Positions 1 through 8,017 of a DNA stretch of 64,000 nucleotides are shown piece by piece (the stretch's first letter is position 1; every line of letters starts with the position of its first letter). The stretch lies in assembly GCA_963677735.1 (NCBI GenBank), contig OY782505.1, positions 3,192,770 to 3,256,769 on the forward strand. Direction: 5' to 3'. A model generated the notes under the pieces. That model saw only the letters and a program-made list of their open reading frames with translations, had not been told where the DNA came from and made no database searches. Source of the stretch: Sphaerochaetaceae bacterium (GTDB taxonomy: Bacteria > Spirochaetota > Spirochaetia > Sphaerochaetales > Sphaerochaetaceae). Position numbers and translations under genes: made by a program.

Positions 1-16
1 CTTTTAAAAAATTCAT
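1..16 (-). CDS. 5' end of a leftward gene running off the window (only 5 codons visible, MNFLK...)
   Basis: The reverse strand reads AAGGAGactaaATGaattttttaaaag, a strong RBS 5 nt before the ATG. The gene is divergent from the TetR gene at 160. It is too short to identify. Confidence 0.3.
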
Positions 17-28
17 TTAGTCTCCTTT

Positions 29-56
29 GTATACACTTATATATAAGTATACACTT
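29..56. promoter_or_regulatory. Operator candidate in a divergent promoter region
   Basis: A perfect 14-bp palindrome ACTTATATATAAGT (35-48) sits inside two direct copies of GTATACACTT (29-38 and 47-56). It lies between the leftward gene start and the TetR gene. Confidence 0.35.
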
Positions 57-159
57 GTATTTTTTTTCTATTAATATAATAATTATATTTGAAAAGCTAA
101 GTCAATATTTCTAAGGAAGTTTGCACACATTGCTTAAATTTGTATACTGAGAGGTTTAA

Positions 160-729
160 ATGAATTTTACTAAAAAAGATTTACCAAATTTAACGAGAAC
201 AAAAAGATGGATAATTTCAGCACTTTTTAGACTGATGGAAACAGATGAATATAAAAAAATAACAATCACACAAATAATTGATGAAGCTGAAATTGCAAGA
301 AGAACTTTTTATGTCCATTATAAAAACAAGCATCAAATTATTAAGGAGTATATTGATGAAACTTTTAGTAGAATTTGGTTAGAATTCAATCAAGCTAAAC
401 AAAAATCACTTTATGATATTGCCTATTATTCTTTTAGTGAATGTTTCAAACATATTGAAATACTAAGAGTATTGCACAAACATAACCTGTCCAATTATTT
501 TTATGAGCAGTTTATAATTAAAATGAATAAAACTACAAAAGAATCTAATTTGGCTGTTTTCGACGTTTCTGATTTTTCTGAATCAGAAATGATATATTTG
601 AACATATTTCATGCTTCAGGTTTGGTTAAAATGATTGACCGATGGATCCAGGATGGTTGTGAAGACACACCAGAAAAAATGGCTGCCTTATATGTTAAGA
701 TTTGTAAGATTGGAATACTAAATGATTGA
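160..729 (+). CDS. TetR/AcrR family transcriptional regulator
   Basis: N-terminal TetR HTH (ITITQIIDEAEIARRTFYVHYKNKHQII). A GAGAGG RBS precedes the ATG at 160. Confidence 0.85.
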   Translation: MNFTKKDLPNLTRTKRWIISALFRLMETDEYKKITITQIIDEAEIARRTFYVHYKNKHQIIKEYIDETFSRIWLEFNQAKQKSLYDIAYYSFSECFKHIEILRVLHKHNLSNYFYEQFIIKMNKTTKESNLAVFDVSDFSESEMIYLNIFHASGLVKMIDRWIQDGCEDTPEKMAALYVKICKIGILND

Positions 730-753
730 AAATAATAAGATGAATCAGAAATA

Positions 754-1416
754 GAAGTTAAAATTATTTGTGGATATGAATTAAGATCTACAGGTTTTAA
801 CCTAAAAAGAGAATTAGATAAAGCTAATATTAATTGTAAAATAATGGCCCCTACTACAATATATAAAAAAAGATGGTAATCGAGTAAAGACAGATAATTT
901 AGATGCTAGAAATTTATCTCAAACATTATTTTAGAAAGAAAAAAGTAAGTAGTTCTAATCTCAGTTGAAGATGAAGCTACTAGAGACTTCATTAGAATGA
1001 GAGATGATATAAAAACACCATAAAAAAGCAAAGTAACAGTTAAAATCATTTATTCTAAGAAGAAATATTCATTACCCATTTCAAGAAGGAGCTTGGACTG
1101 ATGCATACAGATAATAGTTAAAGACTATTAAATTTGATTTAATGATTAATCAAATAACTTATAAAAAATATTTAGTAGAAATATATATATTGAAAGAAGT
1201 TATAGAGCGTTTTGATATAAAGATTGAAGAATTATCTAAAAATGAAAAATATAAAGAAGATGTAAAAAGATTACGGGGCTTTATAGGAATAGATCACATA
1301 TAGCTTTATCTATAGTATGTGAAGTAAAAGATTTTGCAAGATTTAATAAAGAAAGAGAGTTTTCATCATTTATGGGCTATGTGCAAGAGAATTATCTTGT
1401 TTTATCTAGGGAATGA
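754..1416 (+). pseudogene. Degraded, 5'-truncated IS110-family transposase gene (multiple frameshifts and stops)
   Basis: Three-frame reading gives EVKIICGYELRSTGFNLKRELDKANINCKIMAPTTIYKKR, then GNRVKTDNLDARNLSQTLF, then EDEATRDFIRMRDDIK. Further on it gives IALSIVCEVKDFARFNKEREFSSFMGYVQE. These match the conserved IS110 blocks (KTDxxDA; EIGDxxRFxsxxqfxSyxGL). No intact ORF remains. Confidence 0.6.
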
Positions 1417-1876
1417 TAACAAATAATATTTATGTCGAAATTGCATAATTAAAAAACTTAATAAAATGAAAAGTAAAGTAAAAGATGCATAAATAGATTG
1501 CTGACAGTAAAAGATCTAGCTATCTTCGATCAAATTATGATATACAAAATGTGATTCTCGCCATTAAAGAGAAAGAGCTGTAGGCGGATTATTTAGACTA
1601 TTGGTAACCAATCCACGTATATGAAAATAGTCAAATGCTGAAAACTGTAATATATGTTTATCAATTTATTACTATTTTTATTAGATTACATAAAAGTAAA
1701 ATGAAATATTAATAAAAAATAAGTGAAAATAGCTACTTGGCAGTAGTCACACATATGAATTTTTTAAAAATGTCTTAAAAGAAATCTCAAAGCTGAGATT
1801 ACAGTAGGTGTTGAAAAATATTTTCTACTTTTATAAGCGTTATGGTTTTAGAATGTAAAACCAATTTTTAGATAGG

Positions 1877-2386
1877 TCATTCGAATTTTAGTATTTCCAA
1901 TACTGAATTAGATATTTCTTTTTGGTCTAGCGGAGATTCATCTTCTAAAAAAGATAACAAAGAAGCAAAAAGTCCCCCAACAATGAATGTCCTTTGGACA
2001 TGATTAAAAGAATCTTTATATTTCCCTTTAGATAAAACAATATTCAAGTATTTTTCAAAAGGACGGTACATAACCATATGGAGGTTGTTTTTTAGATAAA
2101 GTTTGATATCAGATTTTAAAATTTGCCAAAAATTAAAACATTGAATCAAGGCTTCTTCTAAATCAAATTCTTCGCCTTGAAGTGATGAAATATATTCAGA
2201 GAATACTCGGTCAAAATGAAATTGAAGGATATCTTCCTTCTTCTCAAAATTTCTATAAAAAGTAAGTCTTGCTACTCCCGCTTTTTCAGTTATATCAGTA
2301 ATGGTAATCTGATCATAGGACTTTTCTTTTAATAGTAATAGTAATGCATCAGCTATCCATTGTTTACTTCTTTCTGATTGTTTCAT
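1877..2386 (-). CDS. TetR/AcrR family transcriptional regulator
   Basis: TetR HTH ITITDITEKAGVARLTFYRNFEKKEDIL. Transcribed divergently from the 2527-6011 operon. Confidence 0.85.
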   Translation of the reverse strand: MKQSERSKQWIADALLLLLKEKSYDQITITDITEKAGVARLTFYRNFEKKEDILQFHFDRVFSEYISSLQGEEFDLEEALIQCFNFWQILKSDIKLYLKNNLHMVMYRPFEKYLNIVLSKGKYKDSFNHVQRTFIVGGLFASLLSFLEDESPLDQKEISNSVLEILKFE

Positions 2387-2469
2387 AGCTTATAACCTCC
2401 ATAAGTGTAATAAAATCAACTATATTGTATCTTCTATTCTAGATTTTAATTAATTATAATTGAGTTATT

Positions 2470-2498
2470 AGTGTTACAGTTATAACACTTGTTACACT
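2470..2498. promoter_or_regulatory. Candidate TetR operator
   Basis: Inverted repeat AGTGTTA-cagtta-TAACACT (2470-2489), immediately followed by a further TGTTACACT half-site. It lies about 30 nt upstream of the 2527 start. Confidence 0.4.
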
Positions 2499-2526
2499 TT
2501 TAGTCAAAATTTAGGAGAAACAAATT

Positions 2527-3153
2527 ATGATTCTATTTTTAACTTTACTTAGTGGTGTTGCGTGGACAATAGTTTATATTGAAGCAATTAGGAAAGGGTT
2601 TAAAGATAAAACTTATGCAATGCCGCTTTTTGCATTAGGACTTAATATTGCATGGGAAGCTATTTATTCTATTACTGGGTTAGCAAATCCTAGTATTCAA
2701 ACGCCTGTTAATTTTATTTGGTTTGGACTTGATGTAGTGATTGTTATTACGTATTTTTTATATGGCAAAAAAGAATTTCCTAATAATGCAAAGAAATATT
2801 TTATACCATACAGCATACTTGCCTTTGCAACAACCTTTGCAATTCAGATGGCTTTTTACTTACATTTTTCTAGATCAGAAGCAGCTTCATATTCAGCATT
2901 TTTACAAAATGCAGCCATGTCGATACTATTTTTGACAATGATATTTCAACGTCAAAGCAAAAAAGGTCAATCCGTACTTCTATCTGTTGCTAAATGGATA
3001 GGTACTCTTGCTCCTGTTATAAGTTTTGGTTTATTAACGGAATTCAATATATTTGTTTTTATAACAGGAATTATATGTAGTGTGTTTGATATTATTTATA
3101 TCGTTGTATTAGTAAAATGGGATTCCATTAAAACTTCTACAAAAACATCGTAA
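2527..3153 (+). CDS. Polytopic membrane protein, Pyr4/PaxB-like (transmembrane terpene cyclase family candidate)
   Basis: AGGAGA RBS. About 6-7 hydrophobic helices. The block WTIVYIEAIRKGFKDKTYAMPLFALGLNIAWEAIYS resembles the conserved N-terminal block of fungal PaxB/Pyr4-type cyclases as I recall them. There is a C-terminal Asp in SVFDIIY. It is certainly a membrane protein; the family call is tentative. Confidence 0.5.
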   Translation: MILFLTLLSGVAWTIVYIEAIRKGFKDKTYAMPLFALGLNIAWEAIYSITGLANPSIQTPVNFIWFGLDVVIVITYFLYGKKEFPNNAKKYFIPYSILAFATTFAIQMAFYLHFSRSEAASYSAFLQNAAMSILFLTMIFQRQSKKGQSVLLSVAKWIGTLAPVISFGLLTEFNIFVFITGIICSVFDIIYIVVLVKWDSIKTSTKTS

Positions 3154-3171
3154 TTTTAAGGTGAAACTAAA

Positions 3172-3966
3172 GTGACAATTTTATATTTTACTGCAACTGG
3201 AAATAGTCTTTACGTGGCGAAACGGTTAGGGGGGACTTTATTTTCAGTTACTCAACAAATTAACCTAGAAAATTTTGTATATAAAGATGACAAGATTGGG
3301 ATAATATTTCCAGTTTATGGGCTATCGATTTCACAGTATATTGAAAACTTTATTAGCAAATGTACTTTTGAGACAAATTATCTTTATGCAATTATGACTT
3401 ATGGTCAATATGCGGGTGGAGTAACAGGATGTCTTAATAAGATTGCAAGGAAAAATTCTCTAGAGTTTTCATATATCAATTCTGTAAAAATGATTGATAA
3501 TTGGTTGCCTGGATTTAAAATGGAAGATCAGATAGGTACTGTAGGAGAAAAAGATGTCAACGGCCAGCTTGAGAAAATAATAAGGGATGTTAATTCAAAT
3601 GTGTGTTGGCAAAAAAAAGATAGCATTTTTGATAGATTTGCAACATCTATTTTAAAAAAAATGAAACCAACAAAGAAAAAGAAAGTAAGGTTTCACACAG
3701 AAGGTTTGAGAGTGTCAAATTATTTTTTCATTGATAATTCGTGTGTAGAATGCAGTATATGTACGAAAGTCTGCCCGGTAAAAAATGTTGAATTAAAGAA
3801 TTCAAAACCTTCTTTCAATGATAAATGCATCAGTTGCCTTGCTTGTGTGCAAAATTGTCCGAAAAAGGCGATTAGGGTAAAAGGTGAAAAAAGTCACGAG
3901 AGATACAGAAATTCAGAAATAAGCTTACAAGAAATAGTTGAATCTAATAATAGAATTGATAAATAG
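3172..3966 (+). CDS. Flavodoxin-like / 2x[4Fe-4S] ferredoxin fusion protein (EFR1-type)
   Basis: GTG start with AAGGTGA RBS. N-terminal flavodoxin-like YFTATGNSLYVAKRL. Two ferredoxin motifs, CVECSICTKVCP and CISCLACVQNCP. Confidence 0.8.
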   Translation: MTILYFTATGNSLYVAKRLGGTLFSVTQQINLENFVYKDDKIGIIFPVYGLSISQYIENFISKCTFETNYLYAIMTYGQYAGGVTGCLNKIARKNSLEFSYINSVKMIDNWLPGFKMEDQIGTVGEKDVNGQLEKIIRDVNSNVCWQKKDSIFDRFATSILKKMKPTKKKKVRFHTEGLRVSNYFFIDNSCVECSICTKVCPVKNVELKNSKPSFNDKCISCLACVQNCPKKAIRVKGEKSHERYRNSEISLQEIVESNNRIDK

Positions 3967-4001
3967 CGATAAATAATACAATAAGATTAGGAGTAATTAG
4001 G

Positions 4002-4370
4002 ATGACAATATTTGATAAATACTTTACTTTTTGGGACTCTGCTCTTTTAGATGAGTCTGCATTTAATGAATTGATGGACTTGTTTGCTGATGATGTAGTG
4101 GTTAAAGCACCTCAAGGCGAAGTGAAAGGTAAAGATAAATTAGGATTCGGTATTAAAGAAACATTAAAAAATTATTTTTCTATGAAACATGTTTGGAAAG
4201 AAAAAAATACGGATTATGGGCTAAAAGCGACATGGGCAGTTGTTCATGAATTGAAAAATGGAGAAATGCATGCTGCCGTAGGTGTTGATATTATCCAACT
4301 CAATGAATCCGGAAAAATAAAGCATTTAGAAATCAGACCGGAACAAAATATAACAAAAAAAATCCAATAA
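4002..4370 (+). CDS. NTF2/SnoaL-like small protein
   Basis: 122 aa with an AGGAG RBS. Its size and alpha+beta cone-like pattern (FWDSALLDESAFNELMDLFADDVVV...) fit SnoaL/NTF2-like proteins. Confidence 0.55.
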   Translation: MTIFDKYFTFWDSALLDESAFNELMDLFADDVVVKAPQGEVKGKDKLGFGIKETLKNYFSMKHVWKEKNTDYGLKATWAVVHELKNGEMHAAVGVDIIQLNESGKIKHLEIRPEQNITKKIQ

Positions 4371-4441
4371 TATTATTCTGCAATAAAGCAGGGTAGTATT
4401 TTGGTTTTTTCTAAAATTGATAATTTAAAAAGGAGGGAGGT

Positions 4442-5206
4442 ATGAATAATGCAGATACAGTTTATGTAAATATGCATAAAATATATGCAGGGAGGTTAAA
4501 ACTCGGTGTTGAAAGCGTTCCTGTTGAGTTTTATCTTATTGAGCATAAAAAAGGAATAATACTCTTTGATACTGGTATGCCTAGAGAATGTATGGATAAT
4601 CTCTCTGAATATTGGGGCGAGATGATAGCTAGTATGTCTGAAGTTGATATGACAGAGAATGAGTTAGTAGTAAATGCTATTAATAATCTTGGGTTTCAAG
4701 CTGAAGATATTAAATATGTCATTCAAAGCCATCTTCACTTAGATCACAGTGGCGGTATTGGATTATTTCCAAATGCAAACTATATAGTACAGCAAAGCGA
4801 ATGGGCTGCAGCACATGATTCCAAATATCCTTTTCCTATTAATCAACTTTACATACACAAAGATTTTGATAAACCAGTAAATTGGAAATTTCTCAAAGGA
4901 ATTGATGAAGATTGCTATGATCTGTTTGATGATGGATCTGTAATAGTTTGGTTTACGCCAGGTCATACACCAGGTCATCAAAGTTTAGTAATAAATACTA
5001 AAAATCACGGACACATTTTATTAACAGGAGATGCCTGTAACGATTATGCCACTTTACAAGGGGAAACAGGTTTTTCTTTGTGCTGGAATGAAGAAGAGTG
5101 TATAAAATCATTGAAGCGTATTCAAAAAGCAAAAAAAGATGGTTGGTTGCTACTCTTTCCTCATGATTCAAAGAATTGGAATAAAAATGAAAAATATTAT
5201 GATTAA
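4442..5206 (+). CDS. N-acyl homoserine lactonase-like metallo-beta-lactamase fold hydrolase (AiiA-like)
   Basis: HxHxDH motif SHLHLDHSGG, plus TPGHTPGHQSL and FPHD, closely paralleling the Bacillus AiiA motifs (HLHFDHAGG, PGHTPGHQS). GGAGGGAGG RBS. Confidence 0.8.
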   Translation: MNNADTVYVNMHKIYAGRLKLGVESVPVEFYLIEHKKGIILFDTGMPRECMDNLSEYWGEMIASMSEVDMTENELVVNAINNLGFQAEDIKYVIQSHLHLDHSGGIGLFPNANYIVQQSEWAAAHDSKYPFPINQLYIHKDFDKPVNWKFLKGIDEDCYDLFDDGSVIVWFTPGHTPGHQSLVINTKNHGHILLTGDACNDYATLQGETGFSLCWNEEECIKSLKRIQKAKKDGWLLLFPHDSKNWNKNEKYYD

Positions 5207-5225
5207 TCATAAGGAGGATAATTTT

Positions 5226-6011
5226 ATGGAACTATTAAAAGACAAAATAGCTATTGTAACTGGTGGAGCAAGTGGTATGGGTGCTGCCTATGCAAAACGT
5301 TTTATTGAAGAAGGGGCAAGGGTAATCTTTACTGATATCAATGAAGAACTCGGAACTGCTTATCAAGTTGAGTTAGGAAATCAAGCAGAATTCTATAAAC
5401 ATGATGTAGCTGATGAACAGCAATGGAAAGATCTTGCTTCGTTGGTTAAAGAAAAATATGGACATGTTGATGTTTTAGTAAATAATGCAGGTATTGGTGG
5501 TAACAAACCTATTCTAGATTTTCCAGTAGACTTATATATGCGTGTAGTTTCAGTAGACCAAGTTTCTGTACTTTTAGGTATGAAATATATTGGTGGTTTA
5601 ATGGCAAAACAAGGTAGCGGATCTATTATCAATATTGCTTCCACAAGTGGTCTTGATGGGCAGATATTTGGTGCGGCATATTGTAGTGCTAAATGGGCTG
5701 TTAGAGCTCTATCAAAAACTGGAGCACTTGAGTTTGCAAAATACAATGTGCGTGTAAATTGCTTGCTTCCCGGTTTTGTAGATACACCTTTAGTTTCTGC
5801 TCCTGAATATGCACAACTAAGAGCAAATTATGAAACGACAATTCCTCTTGGTCGGGCAGGGAAAGTCTCTGAAATTGCCAAGGCCTGTTTATTTCTTGCT
5901 TCAGATATGTCAAGCTATTGTAATGGCACAGAGTTAGTAGTTGATGGAGGATTGAGTTCCAATGCCCACGCATATTCTGATTATATGATTCGAAATTTAA
6001 AAATGTGGTAA
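5226..6011 (+). CDS. Classical short-chain dehydrogenase/reductase (3-alpha/20-beta-hydroxysteroid dehydrogenase-like)
   Basis: TGGASGMG cofactor motif, NNAG, catalytic YCSAKWAV. I chose the ATG at 5226 (MELLKDK) because AAGGAGGA lies 8 nt upstream. The ORF track opens earlier, at 5139. Confidence 0.85.
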   Translation: MELLKDKIAIVTGGASGMGAAYAKRFIEEGARVIFTDINEELGTAYQVELGNQAEFYKHDVADEQQWKDLASLVKEKYGHVDVLVNNAGIGGNKPILDFPVDLYMRVVSVDQVSVLLGMKYIGGLMAKQGSGSIINIASTSGLDGQIFGAAYCSAKWAVRALSKTGALEFAKYNVRVNCLLPGFVDTPLVSAPEYAQLRANYETTIPLGRAGKVSEIAKACLFLASDMSSYCNGTELVVDGGLSSNAHAYSDYMIRNLKMW

Positions 6012-6092
6012 TTGTGAAACATATTTAAATCATATTATTGTGGCGGATTGAAGTTTATTACTCAACCAACACTAGTCGTGATATTAATTTAA

Positions 6093-6345
6093 TTATTGCT
6101 CCTCTTGTTTTATTAAGTTTAAGAAACTTTCAACATCAGGAGCATTAAAAAGATTATCTCTAAAAGATTTATGACTTAATATACGAGCTAATCTACTTAA
6201 TATTCTTAAATGGTAACTACTACTTTTTTTGGGGCAACAAGTAAAAATACAAGTTTAACATTTTTTTTATCAAGTGCTTGTAGATTAATTTAAGTTTTAA
6301 GAGGCCTAACTGTTATCAATGATTTTTCCATTGATGAACATCTAT
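6093..6345 (-). pseudogene. Fragment of a PTS EIIA (fructose/mannitol/Ntr type) gene, frameshifted
   Basis: The reverse strand reads ...NVKLVFLLVAP, then a frameshift in an A-run, then KKSSSYHLRILSRLARILSHKSFRDNLFNAPDVESFLNLIKQEEQ*. This matches the typical EIIA-2 C-terminus (vxlvFllaxP....HLxxLaxLsrlLxdxxfrxxLxxaxxxeei). The upstream part is riddled with stops. Confidence 0.4.
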
Positions 6346-6787
6346 TTCAAATCCGCAATATTTAAATAAGCGTTTTCTAACAAACCCGCACTTTTTTAAA
6401 TAGCTAAGTCTTTGCAAAATAACAATTCTCATAAATTGATTTTATCCCCAACACTTAAGAATGTCTAAGAAAATTCAAAATGCTTAAGTAGTTTTATTAA
6501 AGAATAATTATTATCTACACTGAATTACTATTAGTGTGTAATTGTAAAAATTTGTGTTAATTTTTACAAATAGGATTCACAAATATTACTGAACAAACTT
6601 CATAGATACATAGTATTTTTTTAAAGTTCTTTAAGTCTTATAATTTTATTTAAAAAAAAATTAAACGAAATCTTATTAAAGATTATATTTTCAAATTAAT
6701 TTGATATAAAACTTGTTTATATCAAGTATGTTCGATAGTGATAGAATATACTTGATGAATATTGATTATAGTGATAATATAAATATT

Positions 6788-8017
6788 ATGAATATAAAAC
6801 AATTAAGATTAGTTTATTCGATACATTTATTTTTAAACTATTTACCTCTTGGGATATATTTTCCTATCAGTACTCTCTTTTTATTAGAAAAGGGATATTC
6901 ACTTGGATGGATAGGAACTGCTATGTCTATATTTTCTATCACGATCTTTTTGTTTGAGTTGCCGACGGGTGGTTTTGCAGACAAATATGGAAGAATAAAT
7001 ATATATAGAATAAGCAGAGTTATATATATTTTAAGCTTGTTAATCTTATTATTCTTTAATACTTTATTCTCTTTGTTTTTTTCAATGTTTTTATACGGGG
7101 TTGCTCGTGCTTTAAGTTCAGGAACAATGGAAGCCTGGTTTGTTGATATGCATGATACAGTTGATAGTAAAATAAATTTATCCAAAAGTATGAGTATTGT
7201 AGCAGGGGTTGCTCCAGCTGCACTAGGTATAAGTACTTTGTTAGGTGGATTTATACCCGACTTAGGAATTAAATTGAATTTGTTTAATTTACAAGGAAGC
7301 TATAATTTTAATATTGTGATAGCAATAATAGCTGTTGTAATGCATTTGATTTTGAATATTATATTTTTCAAAGAGACTCAAAGACAATCTAATGAAGAGA
7401 CAATAAATGAATATTGTAAAAATATTGTTAATTTTTTTAATAAATCAAAATCCCTTAAATACTTGATAGCTATTTCTTTTTGTCTTGGAATTGGATTAAA
7501 CTCAATTGAAAGTTTTTGGCAACCAAAGGTACAAGAAATTGCTCCAAACAGTCCAACATTTATTTTAGGAGTACTTGCATCATGTTATTTTTTTGCAGCT
7601 ACAGTTGGTAGTTTATTTTCAAATAAATTAACCCAATATTTAGGCGAAAAAAGAACATTATTTTTAATGAAATTATTTCATGGAATTACCTTAATAGCTT
7701 TAAGCTATAGTGCATCTTTGGTTGGTTTTTCTATAGGATTTGTTACTATATTTATATTCCATGGTGCTTTGAATGGCCCTCATCAAACATTGCTACACAA
7801 TTCAATACCCAATCAATATAGATCAAGTTTTCTTTCAGTAGATTCTTTAGCATTACAATTAGGTGGTGGATTGTCTGCTTTAATATTAGGCTGGGTTGCA
7901 CAATATAATTCAATATCTTTAGTTTGGAAAATTGCTGGATTGTTTGTAATTATTTCTTCATTCTTATATCTACCAATAAAGCAATCAAAAGGAGAAAATT
8001 GTGAATCTACAATATAA
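6788..8017 (+). CDS. MFS transporter
   Basis: About 12 hydrophobic segments. MFS loop motif GGFADKYGR. The ORF opens at TTG 6713; I chose ATG 6788 (MNIKQLRLVY...) as the most MFS-like N-terminus. No candidate start has a clear RBS, so the start is uncertain. Confidence 0.8.
   Translation: MNIKQLRLVYSIHLFLNYLPLGIYFPISTLFLLEKGYSLGWIGTAMSIFSITIFLFELPTGGFADKYGRINIYRISRVIYILSLLILLFFNTLFSLFFSMFLYGVARALSSGTMEAWFVDMHDTVDSKINLSKSMSIVAGVAPAALGISTLLGGFIPDLGIKLNLFNLQGSYNFNIVIAIIAVVMHLILNIIFFKETQRQSNEETINEYCKNIVNFFNKSKSLKYLIAISFCLGIGLNSIESFWQPKVQEIAPNSPTFILGVLASCYFFAATVGSLFSNKLTQYLGEKRTLFLMKLFHGITLIALSYSASLVGFSIGFVTIFIFHGALNGPHQTLLHNSIPNQYRSSFLSVDSLALQLGGGLSALILGWVAQYNSISLVWKIAGLFVIISSFLYLPIKQSKGENCESTI

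Noticed and set aside
5139-5225. N-terminal extensions suggested by the ORF track: 5139 for the SDR, 17287 for rubrerythrin, 29510 for the permease and 37466 for the sulfatase. Also 51455 for DUF2200, 54361 for GH4, 57561 for the binding protein, 59757 for the nucleotidase and 63118 for the hypothetical protein.
   Set aside because: In each case an internal ATG is preceded by a canonical AGGAG-type RBS at 5-10 nt. It gives the family-typical N-terminus or signal peptide, whereas the extension lacks an RBS or overlaps the upstream gene.
5393-5973. ORFs 5393-5746 and 5701-5973, antisense to the SDR gene. ORFs 4763-4981 and 4998-5210 are antisense to the lactonase, and 2741-2935 lies inside the membrane-protein gene.
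   Set aside because: Overlapping or antisense ORFs with no independent support.
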